Source: Octopus sinensis (taxonomy: Eukaryota). From it: DNA of 64,000 nucleotides. The notes beneath the pieces are model-generated. The model was not told where the DNA came from. It was given only the letters and a program-made list of their open reading frames with translations, and ran no database searches. The stretch spans positions 43,152,001 to 43,216,000 of the forward strand of contig NC_043010.1 of assembly GCF_006345805.1 (NCBI RefSeq), read 5' to 3'. The position numbers were made by a program, and so were the translations under genes. Below, piece by piece: positions 47,896-61,571 of the stretch (positions are counted from its first letter, which is position 1; each line of letters opens with the position of its first letter).

Positions 47896-50800
47896 GTTTA
47901 TAATCTTAAGAATATTAATTCTCTTGCTCATATTTTTCCATGTAATATAAAATATGTACCATATGGAATTGAAGAGACTATAGTTCAAATGAGGACTCAA
48001 TACACATATTATATAGTGCAAGTTTATTAGTAGCAAAAGGCTCAAAGGAGAGTATATATATATATACACACACATACACCTTTTATATGCATTAACACAT
48101 ATGTGCATGCACATACACACACAAAATATAATATGTGACAATATCTAATGTATTCAGAATTTGAATGCATATGCTCAGAATTCAACCCTTGATGATCTGA
48201 ATCCAATCATTCTACCAACTGGACCTGCAAAACAGATGAGCTCTCTGTAAGGCCTCTTGCTACTAAAAAACATATACACTCTACACAATAGATGTATTAA
48301 ATCCTCAGTTGAACTATGGTCTTCTCAGTTCGATTCTGGGCATAATCAACATATATGTAGGTATGTGTGTGCATGGATATACATGTATTTACTAATCAGT
48401 ATAAAAATGCATTTTGTTGCCACCAAGTGGGGATCTTCTTTTAAATGGGAAAGATGTTAGAATTGTAGAAATATTAGAGATAGGAAAAGAAAGGAAGCAT
48501 TGTCTGTTTGTTGACATTTGAATTGGGAGTGAATGATAGAACTAGGGCTCAAAAGTTGCATCAATTTCTACAATAATACCTTTGAAAAAACCAGCTTTAA
48601 AAGAGTAACTTTTGATTCTTTTCTCATTTGAAAATGTTCGCTCTCATTTTAGTTTACATATTAGTGTTGAAAGGAGGGAGAAGAAAAAGAAACTACAGAG
48701 ATTCACAAACTTTTCTTAAGCCTCTACATATTTTTAACTTTTTTTTTGGCCAAGAATTATGATCTACTGAAGAGTGGTTTCCAATTATCTTTATCAGACT
48801 CATAAAAGGATTTGAAGTCAGCTACAAGTTACTCAAATATATGTTTGAGTGTTCTCCTGCTTTACAGCAATGAGTCATTCCAAGACACCACACAGTGGAT
48901 CCCACTATTACCACTTCAATTTTGCTGAAACATAGCACAAGGATAAATTTGAGTGGAGGGGGAGATTCCAAAGAAATTACCCAAATTTTACTAAAATTAT
49001 GAACAAAGTCATTTTGAGGTCAAACACTGACCTTACATTTTTCAAATTTCCTTATGTGTGTGTGTGTGCATGTACATATAAAATCATATTATCTGTAGAT
49101 TCCAAAAATATTTTTGATGCAGAAAAAAATAAAAATTTCACAAATAAATGAATATCTGAAGTGACAATTTAACCTCTCAAATACTGAATTTCAGAAAATT
49201 CATTGCTGATCTGTTATTTCTCTGCTATAATCAATTTTAAGATACTGTGTATAGGCCTTTGTACAGGGTAAAACATGATTTTAGTAGTATTTGGCCTTCT
49301 GTATTTTAATATGAACACCTTATTCCACATCATTTCATGATTTAGACATTCTGAAGACCAGATAATATTTAGGGTCCACAAATAGGAATACTTTTATATA
49401 GCTTGCTAAAAGGGAAAAAGTAATGATAGTGTGAAAAATGCAAGATCAACATTTGATCTCAAAATGATTTCACTGGTAAGTTATGGACAGTTGATGAAAT
49501 TTAGCTAAAATCTTGGGAACTGCTTTTGCTCCAAACCTACCCTCATGCCCCATTTCAGTCCATCTGAAAATATGCTATTTTTAAAGTTTTATTGGCAGAT
49601 TTGTACTGGAATTACCTCCAATGAACTGTATTTCATCAGAGCACCTATACACAACTATATGAACTCTGTTAGTGTCTTTGTCTTGGAAATCATAAAACAT
49701 TCAATAAGATATGAAGCATTAACTTTTTTAAGCAACAGGCCAAGGCAATCAGCTATAAATTTCTCCTCACCAAAAGTCAAAATTTTTTTTTAAAAATCAA
49801 AAATAATGTTTGCATGTGTAATAACACTTTTGAGATTTTACTGAAGAATTTTATAAATCCATCAGATAAATATTCTTACTTGTTGATTATTATTAGAACA
49901 AGCTTTTGGAATTTGTTTTCTGCTACCTTCAAGCAATTACAACTGTTACTTATTTCTAATCTTCCCTTTTGTTTAGGTATTTTTCTGAGTTCTTCCAGAT
50001 TACAGGTAAATGTTTGAAAAATTATTTGGCATAAAAGAAGTTTTCCTGAATGAATATGAAGCGGAAAATATAATTGAAAGATATAAACTGTTTCCACCAT
50101 TTGTTTTAAACTGTAAACTTGGTACCACTATTGTGACTTGCATATCAAATGTCTTTCTTGTTTTGAAACTGGTAAATAGTTGACACAAAACTCATAAACA
50201 ATATTAAGATTTCAACAAAGGCACACCTTTATTCATAAAAATTAAACAAAAAAAAAAAATTCATTCACCAAAGAAAATGCGCAACATTTCCTTTACAAAT
50301 ATATTTTCTCTTCTTCGTCCATCTTGTTAGTATATTCTCCTTTAAAACAATAATAGCAAAAACTATAGCAAAACACAAAAAATGTAATCACTGTGAAAAT
50401 CTCAAATGTTCATTTCTAATTGAGGAAAAAAAATATATATAAAAATGCTGTTGCTATGGACAATGAAGTTACAGGAAATTAAAATAAATAGTTAAATAGT
50501 TTGGTTAGTCGATATACTCTAATTTCTTCAAAAACTATTCAGTAAAAATAAAAAATAAAATAAAATAAATTACATACACACACACATTATATATATATAA
50601 ATATAAATATATACATATATATATATATAAAAGCTCTTTGCTCAGAAATTGAAGGAATAACTGTTTGAAATTTAACTGGTCTTAAGCATGTTTACTTTAA
50701 TGTAAAGTTAACTCAAGAAGAAATTTAAGTTAAAGTAACAATTTCACATTACTTGCTAAAAAACAGATTAATGCTCAAAGTCACCAGCAAATATAAATAT

Positions 50801-51434
50801 GAATCTTGTTTTTGTTATAATTTAAGACAACATTGTGTTTAAAATAAGATTTTAAAATATAAGAGTAATAGTTTAGAACTTTGGTTTAGCTATCAAACAG
50901 TCATTATGGAAAAAATATATATATAACCGAATTCCTGATATCCGATAAAATCGATACCTTCCTTTCATTTGCTTTTGCAAAGAGCAAACAATAGACAGTA
51001 TATACACACATATTTGCATGCATAAATAAGTTAGTTCTATATTTTAAATTTTATTAACATATACACACATGTATAAGTTAATATTGATATCTTAAATATA
51101 TTAAACATCTCAGATATTTAAATTTGTTTCCTTTTACAAAGTGTTTTGTGAAAGAATTTTTCAAAGAGTTTGACAAGAAACATTAGCTGTTATTATCTTG
51201 TTTGCTGATTTTGCACTACCAAATATTTATTTTACTGAAGAGAGATATTGAAAAAAAATAAAAGTAGTTCATTTAAAGAAAAGAAAACAGCCAATTAGAT
51301 TGTCTAAGAAGAAATGTTGCTTATCTAGATAAGGCAATCAGTGATGTTTGCAAAATGTTTTTAAATGTGAACAAATATGGCTGTCAATGAAAATGGGCAA
51401 ATAAAAAAAAATTGATTGTGTTTTGAATTTGTAG

Positions 51435-52154
51435 TTATTGCTGCTCACTGTCATAATAAGAATTTTCTTCTGATTGGGAGCCACTGCTGTCGCCGCTGTT
51501 GCTGCATGCATCTAATTGCATTCTTTCAGTTTGATGTGTCTTCTCATGACACTTCAGCAATGCTTTGCGATGGAACACTTTTCGACAAATTCTGCAGAAG
51601 AGGGTAGCACGGTTAGAATGAGTTTTGATGTGGCTCTTTAAATTTCCTTTCTGCGAAAAAGCTTTGTTGCAAATCATACAAATGAATGGCTTTTCGCCGC
51701 TGTGTGTACGTTGATGAATTTTGAGGTTTGTGCGCTGGGAAAAAGATTTTGAACAGACATTGCAAACAAATGGTTTAAATCCAGTATGAATATTTTCATG
51801 GTTCTTCAGATTGGTCCGCTGTGAGAAAGCTTTTTCACAGACTTCACACACAAAAGGTTTCTCACCACTGTGAACGCGTTCATGATTCTTTAGGTTGGTT
51901 CTCTGTGTGAAAGATGCCTGGCAGACATTGCAGTGGAACGGTTTCTCTCCTGTGTGTGTACGTTCATGGGTTTTTAAATTGGTTCGTTGTGAGAAACTTT
52001 TGTCACACTGGGTGCAGTGAAATATCTTATCTGGAACGGCTGGAGACATCTCTGGATGGTTGTTCTTCTTATGGCGTTTCAGCTGAGCATACCTATCAAA
52101 TGTTTTGCCACATATGTCACAAGCATGTGGTGCTTTATCTTCAGGTCTGTACAT
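51435..52154 (-). CDS. ZNF-C: compact C2H2 zinc-finger protein, at least 239 aa, 7 fingers (51534-52121), short acidic Ser-rich tail
   Basis: Intact ORF with TGEKP-linked QRTN fingers; splice acceptors just upstream (exon start 52156 or 52160), so a small upstream coding exon cannot be excluded. Confidence 0.92.
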   Translation of the reverse strand: MYRPEDKAPHACDICGKTFDRYAQLKRHKKNNHPEMSPAVPDKIFHCTQCDKSFSQRTNLKTHERTHTGEKPFHCNVCQASFTQRTNLKNHERVHSGEKPFVCEVCEKAFSQRTNLKNHENIHTGFKPFVCNVCSKSFSQRTNLKIHQRTHSGEKPFICMICNKAFSQKGNLKSHIKTHSNRATLFCRICRKVFHRKALLKCHEKTHQTERMQLDACSNSGDSSGSQSEENSYYDSEQQ

Positions 52155-53779
52155 AGCTAACTTAAAGAAAGATTAATAGCATAAATATTATTTCAGACAG
52201 AGACTTCAGTTAAAGAAATACAGGAAAATTCAAATTTCAGCAACGGAATTCTGATGAAATTCCCTCCCCCTCTCTCTTTCACTAATGTTACTGTGTAAAT
52301 CCAATTTTCAATTGATTTTTATCATTTATGAAAGCTTTTCTGCCAGGTCATATGCTTATATCAGTAGTGCTCAGTTTTTCTTCAAACATTGAAGAAGTTT
52401 GACGATTTATCAACCTTTCAAGACTATATAGAGCTGGCATTTTAAATGACAATCTTACATGGAGATGAAATTAATGGACAGATAAAAGTAGAAACTTCAT
52501 AATCAGGAAGGAAAGGGAATCAAACAATAATATACTAAGATCAAACAAATTAGATATACAAATGTCAAAAAGATCATTTTGTTTTTAAGCATTGTCTTTT
52601 ATGTACATAAAAGATAGACAGGATAGATAAGTTCAGACCATTTTCTCATAACCACTGCATTATGACTTCAAATATATCACTCAAATTTACCAATGTCTAC
52701 CTACTTGTAATTTTATAAAAATAAAAAGTTATTGCTCCTCATATGGCTAACTGCAAATGTTAGTTAAATCATAAAATTACAAGGCATCAAAGATATTGAT
52801 GCTCAGGACAGTTTACTATTTAGGTTGAGGCAATTAAATGTTAATCTATAATCTATATCCCCTTAGCATCAATGATTTATATCTCATCATTAACACTGCC
52901 ATGTGTTTATGATCAAGACACTTCTCTCTCTCTCAATTTGTCTACCTTTAGGTTTCTGTAAGACAGCTGTAAGAAGGAGCCAGCCTAGTGTAAGTAATAA
53001 ATATTTGAAATGCTAAATTCACTCTTCCAATGGACTTGGACAACGTTAAATAGTAAAAAGGGGTTGTACAACATATCTGTACAAACTTGTTTATGTAATT
53101 CTATCACTGCTGTATATTTAAAATATCCACCTATAAAAGGCTGCTTCCAACAATTTATGCAAATATATGAACAAGCAAAACCACTCAATTCATCCTAACA
53201 TAACAAAATGGATGGAAAATTTATTTTACTATTCACAGTTTGCAGGTGCAACCATAAGTTGGATGACTGTGCAAGTTGGGTGGTTCCAATACACATAAAT
53301 TATAAGAGGTCTTTCTTCCAGTCACAGACTTTGATCTTACTATTGAATAGAGGGATCTTTCTCCGGCTGCTTAATTAGTCAGTTGCAATAAAGACACAAT
53401 GGATCATTAATGGTAGATTTGGAACACATACTTTATGTCTGTTGTTCACACTTTAATCCAGTTCAATATTTAGTAGCAGAGTAAATTATATCTTTTGATA
53501 ATGTATATTTCAAATCAAGGAAAATCATATTGTAACTCAAATTCAAAATATTCATGAAAAAGTTTTCCTTCCATTTTAAAGCTTTTCCCTCCTGCGACCA
53601 TTCTGCATTTTGTATTTTTCTGACTATTGATTTCAAGTTCAACCACATTGCAACCATGCTTTCCTTCTTCTCTACTTTTCAGATTTGAAAAATTTCTTTT
53701 TATGTTAACTTGCTGTGTGAGGAGGAAAGAATAGTACCCATGTTTTTTGATGCTACGGAGATTGTAGGAAGAGTGATGC

Positions 53780-54800
53780 CATTAATGTTTATCATAAATC
53801 ATTGAAAGTCAACACTGCAGAAAGACACGAGCAGAGGTTACAGAGTGCTGACATTATAGGAAGGAGAGATTGGTTGTAGTGATTACTGCAAGAACTGGGG
53901 TTGAGGTGGTGTATACAACAAAGATGATGAAGAGGAGGCATGACGAGGATGGAAATAATGCCTGAGTGGCATTGGCATGACCAGAGCCAGCTTCAAAGAG
54001 CAGAGACCATTATAGTAACAGTACAAAAAAACTGAAAAGAGACAGCATGCTCATAAGCTAGAGGCTGCAGCATGTCTGTGAGTGACTTTATTCAGCCCTT
54101 TTCCAGATACAGTCTAAGAAGTCTGTGTGAAGTCAGCAGCACTGTCACAGATGTGAGAGCAATATTCCATTGTGGGCCTCACCTGAGCTCTGTAGAGAAT
54201 CAATAATTGCTAGAGGTTGAAGTATCTTTTGGTGTTAAGAAAAGGCCAGTTGTTAGGACACAGTCCTAGATATAATAACAATGTGCTTTCACCAGAAGAG
54301 ATCCTTGGTGACATTGTGGGTTTGGTGTGATGTTCAGGTTGTGAGTGGATCATGTATGACTGGTAAAGGCGAGGTAGTAATGAAGGACAGAATAACGTGC
54401 ACAAGAGTGGCATTGTTGTTATTGATGTCCTGAAGGAAGAGAGTGAGAGACAAACCTGAAAACTGGGGCATACCTGATATGATAGAATGAGGAACAGAAA
54501 GAGCTCTCTCAACACATGTACAATAGTGGAATCTGAGATGAAGCTACTGGTCCAAGAAATGAGAGGGGTTCAGCCTCATTTTGTTAAGAAATTTGCAAGC
54601 CAGACAGTTGGGATTTGTTGAGAATAATGCTGTTACTCTCAACAAATTTCTCAAAGGCAAGAGCTCATTGGCAGGTGACATAGAAGAATAAGTCACCAGT
54701 GGATTTGGTTTTATGGAAATCATACAAGCAGTTGTTAAAAAGAGCAAAAGGTTCAAAGTGTGAAAAAGTCATTGTTCATGACCATTTCCATTACTTTTGA
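53780..54800 (-). mobile_element. CR1/L2-like LINE RT 3' part, decayed
   Basis: Minus strand: AQVRPTMEYCSHIC...YYNGLCS..L. Confidence 0.75.
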
Positions 54801-55892
54801 GACATTGGAAGTGAGTGCAATAGAGTAATAGGTAGCAGTTCAATATTACATGAATGGCTTCAATTAAGATTAAAATAATGTATATATAACTGAAGAGAGT
54901 AAGTGTATGTGTGCATGCATACTCAGAAATAACACATTATGTAATATCATGCTTGTCTACTAAACTCCATACAGTTGTCAGTTTAACAGAACATTAACAA
55001 AAGGAAAAGAAAAGTTCCTTTTCTTTAGCACTCATATTTATCATCTACAATAATCTTTTTTTACATCCTTAGATTTTAATTTATCACCTGCAGCTTTCTT
55101 GTAATCAAATAAGTTAATGTAAAATTTAAACACACAGTGAGCTATTGAACTACTGAAAGTAAAAACTCCAGTTCAGTTTTCTACTAGTTCAGTCATCTTT
55201 ATTATTCTTAATTTTGATTTCTTAAATTATTTCTCAAACTTATAAAAATAGGGTAAAGCTGATAAAGTAAACTGTACATTAAAAGTGGTATGTATTTATC
55301 AAGTTTAGACAGGATTTGTATTCAGAATATAGAAGAGGTACAAAATGTAAATATTGCAAATTATTTAACTTGGCACACTACCATTCCTACTGCTCTACAC
55401 AATTTAATGTAAGTTTAATATAAATTTCTTAGTTAACATATATCCTCAATTTAAAGGGAAAAGAAATGAGGTTATGCAATTTGCATCCCATCCTCAAAGA
55501 CATTAGTAATGGCTGCAGTCAAATAGAATCACACTTTAATATGAAAAGTGCTTACACATATTTTATAACTCAACTAAAGATATGTTTAATTTTCAAGAAC
55601 CTTGAATAATTGTGGTGTTATAAAAAAAAAGCCTTAAGTATTTCATTTCATCCTTCTACATTGTAATTTCAAAAAGCTTCTGGGAAAAATTTTCTTCAAA
55701 ATCCCTTAGAAAAGGGATAAGGGATTAATATCATTAATATACAGGAAATTTTTATCCAGTAGTGTATGCATCTTCCCTACTAAAATAAAACATATACTGA
55801 GGTATATGAAATGAAAGATGTTCCCAGAACTTACACACATGAAATTTACATTTGAATACTAAAACAAAGATGAATCAAACATTAACTCTTAA

Positions 55893-56112
55893 CCCTTTAG
55901 CATTCAGATTATTTTGCCAAAAGTAATGCTTATTTATTCACATTGCTTTGAGTTGATCATGCATTATATTGTGGCTTTGAGATTTTGATGAGCTAACTGT
56001 TAATTTTTAGAATGATGTTGAAAGGTTGGTGTAAGAGGCCAGATCTGGCCAGTTTGAGCATAAAACAGGTAGAATACTTTGGCTAGGTATGGCTGGTTTA
56101 AATGCTAAAGGG
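55893..56112. mobile_element. piggyBac-type MITE
   Basis: Perfect 12-bp TIR CCCTTTAGCATT/AATGCTAAAGGG; TTAA on the left, GTAA (mutated) on the right. Confidence 0.85.
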
Positions 56113-56449
56113 GTAAAGTTCTATAGTACTCCCTCTATATAAATCTGTCAATCACGTTTGAAACTAGAGACTTGGCAAACTGCAGGGAGTTCAGTATGAA
56201 AATCATAGAAAAATAACTATTGCATGAATTTAGATATGGTATGATGGCTGTTACTGTATGTTGTGAGTGTGGTTTAATCTGTTGTTAGGTCCTTTACCCT
56301 GCTAAGGTAGTTTTAATAGAGTGATGCTGATTACACATAAGTGTTTTCATATATATTTACAAGATATTGATTCATAGTCAACAATTTCCCAGTTAAATCA
56401 TAAATAAATCACCAAATTCTATTTCACCACTTGAAGTATTAATTGCTAT

Positions 56450-56760
56450 TCATCACCATCATCATCATTGTTTAACGTCTGTCTTCCATGCATGCATGGG
56501 TAGGAGCCAGCCAGGTAGAAGAATACCCCAGGCTACTGTGTCTGTTTTGGTAGGGTTTTTATGACTGGATGCCCTTCCTAACATCAACCACTCTATAGAG
56601 TGGACTCAGTGCTTTTTACATGGCACAAGCACAGGCGAGGTTAGTTTTGGCATGATTTTTACAGCTGGATGCCCTTTCATATGCCAAACACTTTACAGCG
56701 TGGACTGGGTGCTTTTTACATGGCACCAGCACAGGCAGGGTCACCAAGTAACTTACAAGA
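56450..56760 (-). mobile_element. Repeat family D copy with an internal duplication of the core
   Basis: ctggatgccctt..gtggact..gtgctttttacatggcac present twice. Confidence 0.75.
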
Positions 56761-56894
56761 CAAGGAACTTTAAGAGTAACATTTGAGGAGGGGAACTGCT
56801 GTCAGAGGATGAAAAGTTGGTGTGACAGAAAAACAGAGAGGCAGAAATAGGTGTCTTGCCATAGAGGAGGTATACATTACCCAATGAAAGAAAG

Positions 56895-56934
<40 letters not shown>

Positions 56935-57209
56935 TGTAAGAGGAAGAGAGAAAGAGAAAAAGAGAGAGGAAGAGAGTGAGAGAGAGAGAAGGAAGAGAAG
57001 TACAAGAAAGAGGATAGAAACAGGTATGCTGATGTAAAGGAGATACTTGGTTACCTAGACACAAGGAAAGGCTATTATGCTCGAAAATCATAGAAAGGGA
57101 AGATCTGGAAATATTTGATAAAATACAAGAAAATAACTGCATAGGGTGTAGACAGGTAATTTTCTGACAGGAATTTCTTTCTGAAACAAAACTAAACTTT
57201 ATTTCTTAC

Positions 57210-57496
57210 ACAGAAGGGCGCTTAAACAATAACACTATTTCAAAAGTGGTTTCATGCAGTTCAGGATTTGGTGATAGTTGTGGACATCAGCAGTATAGGT
57301 CTTTAAGAGTTAACAACAAAAAAACAAATTATTTGTGTCCATGCAATTTGATTCAATATAACATTACCTTTACTTACACTAGAATCTGGTTGTATGTTTG
57401 AACTTCTCTTCTTTCGAGTCAATATTTCATAAGATTTAGACCAAATGCCTAAATCTTTGAAGACACCATTCTCACGAATAAAGAAAAAACAGTTTT
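57210..57496 (-). other. Two candidate 5'UTR exons of ZNF-C (57378-57496 and 57210-57300) separated by a 77-nt intron
   Basis: ttggtcttccAG acceptor, GTAAGT donor, tttttttgttgttaactcttaaAG acceptor, GTAAGA donor; the spliced product has no long ORF, only short uORFs. Confidence 0.4.
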
Positions 57497-58254
57497 CTGG
57501 AAGACCAAATAAAAGAAAGTACAAATGAAAAAGCAACAGAAGAAAACTTGCAGCACAATATTTACATTTGTATAGCATGAAAAAAATACAAAACACCACA
57601 TATATACACACACACCCTTTATCTCTTACTCATTTGGCCAAGCTGGGGGGAAAAAAAACTCAAAGTGTTTAACCAAACAAATTGATCCTAGGACTAATTT
57701 TTGAAGTCTGGTACTTATTAAACGAGTCTCTTTTGCCAGACCACTAAATTACAAAGATGTATACAGATGAACATCAGTTATCAGGCATGTGACAGGAATT
57801 AAACACTAAATTGACTTACACACACACACTCACACACGTCAGGTGTATAGGGGGTTCTGAATAGAGGTAGTACCTTTGGTGTCTGGCAGCTGTACTTTGC
57901 CAAGGATGGTCAGGTGGACTGGCATCACTTGTCCTTATTCAACTCTTAATCTCTTACTTGATGGCTTCTAGTGCCACACCTCAGCGCACCCCACTTCAGC
58001 TTGTAGGACAAACCAAGTGAGGAGATGGTGTTAACACTGCTTGCCTGACTAAGGCTTCCCAAAGAGTCACTAGCCAGGATGGAGGAACTAGCTCAGGACG
58101 ACAGCCTAGAGTTCAGGGCCAGGGTATATCCCAGATAGAAGTATACAATTGTGGCTAACAGTTGGGGGAGGAATGGCCACTGCAAAGCTAACTTGCACAT
58201 GATACGTTCATGACAACCAGACTGGGGTCAATATAGGATCAGTTGTCACCCAGG

Positions 58255-58380
58255 TTAACATCAAGAGTGAACAGGCCTCAGTTTCACCAACTCAAAGAGG
58301 GCAGCAGAAGACCAAGAGAAGTGGCAAAATCTGGCTGCAACATCATCAGTGATTGCCCCAACAACTACATTGTGAAGAGA
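58255..58380 (+). mobile_element. RTE-type LINE 3' end fragment
   Basis: NIK..TGLSFT.LK.AAED.EKW.NLAATSSVIAPTTTL*. Confidence 0.55.
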
Positions 58381-58631
58381 AAGGAAGGACAGGAATGTCT
58401 GTGTGGATAAAAAGCCTGCTTTGCAACCATATGGTTCTGGGTTTAATCCTACTGTGCAGCATCTTTGGCAACGGAAATTCACATGGAAATTTCAAGCACA
58501 ACCTGTCAATGACCTCACCATTCATCCAAAATGAATTTAAAATATTTTGCTAATACAAATAATATGCATAATAAATATATGCTGAATTTATGTAGTGAGT
58601 ACTAGAAAGTCTATACTTTCTAGTACTCACT

Positions 58632-58681
<50 letters not shown>

Positions 58682-58769
58682 AATACACATACATATATAC
58701 CTACTTGTATACACACACACACACATACATACATACAATTACACACATTTGATTTTTATTTTGATGTTG

Positions 58770-58990
58770 ATGTACTTGACTTAATAGGTCTCCTCAAGCA
58801 TAGCAGGTCGCCCCATGATCCAAGGTAAGCACAGCAGGCCGTCCTGCGATCCAAGGTACTTTGAATGGGCTGGGGCTGGTCGTGTGAAGCTGATATAGAA
58901 TACAGCCATGAACTCACTTTATTTGTCAGGTCTTCGCAGTCATAGCATATCTCCAGAGGTTGCGGTCTTTCGTCATAGCCTCTGTGAGGC
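58770..58990 (-). mobile_element. RTE LINE 3' end plus 3'UTR
   Basis: Minus strand: LTEAMTKDRNLWRYAM... Confidence 0.65.
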
Positions 58991-59865
58991 AATATATATG
59001 TATATTGGAGAGGCATGTTGATTAGTGGTTAGTGTGTTGCACTCATGATCATAAGATTGAGGCTTCAATTCCTCAACCAGACAACGCATCATGTTCTGGA
59101 GCAAAACATTTCATTTCATGTTATTCCAGTTTCAGGAACAATAATAGTTTACTAGCATAGAAAGTTGTAGGTTTTTCCATATTGAAGTTTGATAAGCTGA
59201 AAAATGGTTTTATATAGTTCATGGTTAGCAACTAGGGTTGTTATGAATGCAAATAAAATGAGTAATCTGGCAATGCACTGGCATCCTGTCCAGGGAGAGA
59301 ATATATATGCCACACAATCCAAGAAACCAACCTTTTATAAATCTACGGCTCAGAAAGGACCTTTGATCCTTTTTTCGTGATATCATCATTTAACGTCCGC
59401 TTTCCATGCTAGCATGGGTTATATACATAGAAAGAACAGAAAACAAACCCATTGATATTTAAAAGATTTCATATAATCAACAGGTGTTTCCATGACTCAC
59501 AAAAGCATTGTCAACCACATAATATTCCCATAATATTAATTAAAGTTATATTAAATTAGTTGAAAGTCATCATGTAGAAGACATTTTATTGTGAACATTT
59601 TGAAATAAAGTAATTTGCATGTGTATATTATATACCTGCAACAGTTCTTATAGGTGCTATCATTTATCATTGCAATCAATCATAAGTGTGTTCTGTAAAA
59701 AATAAATCTTTGATTTCATTCAATTGTAACTTCATTTTTTAAATATTTATATTATAGATTTCAATCTGTCCTTAAAATGTCAAGTGCTTCACACGCACAT
59801 AGATGACACTTGGTATGGATTGGTTGAATTTATAATTCTTCATTTCATCAAGAAATCTATGGCCT

Positions 59866-60234
59866 AGGTGCAGGTGTGGCTCTGTGGTAAGAAGCTTGTT
59901 TCTCAACCACATGATTCTGAGTTCAGTTCCATTGCATGACACCTTAGGCAAGTGTCTTCTGCTATAGCCTTAGGCTAACCAAAGCCTTGTGATTAGATTT
60001 GGTAGGTGGAAACTGAAAGAAGCCTGTCATATGTGTGTGTGTCCATGTCTCCCTCAACCTCTTCTTGACAACTGGTGTTGGTTTATTTATGTCCTCATAA
60101 CTTAGCAGTTCAGCAAAAAGAGAATAAGTACCAGGCTTTAAAAAGGTACTGGGGTCAATTCATTTGACTAAAATTCAAAGCAGTGCCCTAGCATGGCTGC
60201 AGTCTAATGACTGAAACAAATAAAAGATAAAAGA
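59866..60234 (+). mobile_element. SINE family A
   Basis: Head, body and tail of family A. Confidence 0.85.
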
Positions 60235-60771
60235 TATTTTTTGCAAGACAGGCAGAGTGTCTCAGCCTAAGGTTAGAAAATGTGAGATGGTGCACACAAA
60301 AGCCTTTTTCAGAAAGATTTGATATTTACATGCACCATGGGTCTTAGTGTACATGTTTATAAACAATGTTTTCAAGAAAGACAATTTTTCTTACGTTATG
60401 ATTCACTAAGTTATTATGTCCTTCCAGGACTTCTTGGGAGAAATATTTATCCTATTTTCTTGTAAAACTAATTATTGAACTACTGTGAACTTCTGTCACA
60501 GAGGATTCATTCACATGAATTACATCAGGTTGGTGATAACATGCCATACTTAAAGATTTAGGCACTCTATTTAAGTTACTGTATTACATCTCAAATCTGA
60601 ATTTGATAATGTCCAATTACTAATATTAACTGCCCCTATTAATTTTACTACCAGTAGGTACTGCTATTATAGCAGTCAGGTTTGGAGAAATAGACTAGGA
60701 AAGTTGGGCTTAAGAACTCTATATAATATTTTGGGGTAAATGTTTTTACCTGGAAGGAAATTAGAGGATTG

Positions 60772-61185
60772 GGATCTTTTCGGTTTGAACGGCAGTTTTT
60801 AACATAATTTCTAGGTAACTAAAAAATTTTAAACTTCGTATACTGGTAGAATGTGTTTATAAAACATCTTTTTCTCTTGGCTTTATTGAGAAAATTCTAT
60901 AGTTTGTAAGATATTTGTTGTTTTTTCTTCAATTTCTGCAATTTTAACCAATCACTGGCACCTATTGAGTAAAAAACATTCTGTACCGTATGAATATGTC
61001 TCTCGTTTAAGAAACAGATTGGGTTTATTTACATTTGTGAAGAAAAAAAGACACCCTTCCCCCCGCCCCTAACCCTAACCCTAAAATGGATTGAAATGCA
61101 ATAGATCGATACTAGGGTCATAATTATGGGTAACAATTTCATATGACACTGCTAGAAAAAACTGCTGTTCAAATCGAAAAGATCC
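60772..61185. mobile_element. 414-bp MITE with GG...CC ends, 29-bp TIR and 8-bp TSD (Merlin-like)
   Basis: TIR GGATCTTTTCGGTTTGAACGGCAGTTTTT (2 mismatches between ends); perfect TSD GAGGATTG at 60764-60771 and 61186-61193. Confidence 0.85.
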
Positions 61186-61349
61186 GAGGATTGTACGAGG
61201 TAATGTTCTCCTTTTGCTTTTTTTTCTATTAGGTGAAACTTCATAAGCAGAGTAATTATATGTATCGTTATTTATTTTATAAGAGAGCCTTTGAAGAGCC
61301 TGCACTTCTTCATGGTTTACTACCTGGCTATATCTTCTTAATATATTAA

Positions 61350-61571
61350 CCCTTTCGATACCAACCCGGCTGAAACCACCTCTGGCTCTGTAGTACAAAT
61401 GTCTTATTTTCATAAGTTTTGAATTAAAATCTTCCACCAAACCTTAGTCACAATTTATGTTCCTAATACCAGCTTAATGATAACTAAGCTATTTTACTAA
61501 ATTCATTGTTATATTTAAAATTAATTGAAAGAAACACAGAGCATCTCAAAATAAATATGGTAACAAAAGGG
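61350..61571. mobile_element. piggyBac-type MITE
   Basis: TTAA-CCCTTTCGATACC ... GGTAACAAAAGGG-TTAA. Confidence 0.9.

Noticed and set aside
52595-52614. 20-bp perfect palindrome in the ZNF-C upstream intron
   Set aside because: An AT-rich 10-bp arm is plausibly a chance occurrence in 64 kb.
61081-61440. 119-aa minus-strand ORF
   Set aside because: Spans parts of two different MITEs and the DNA between them; not a coherent gene.
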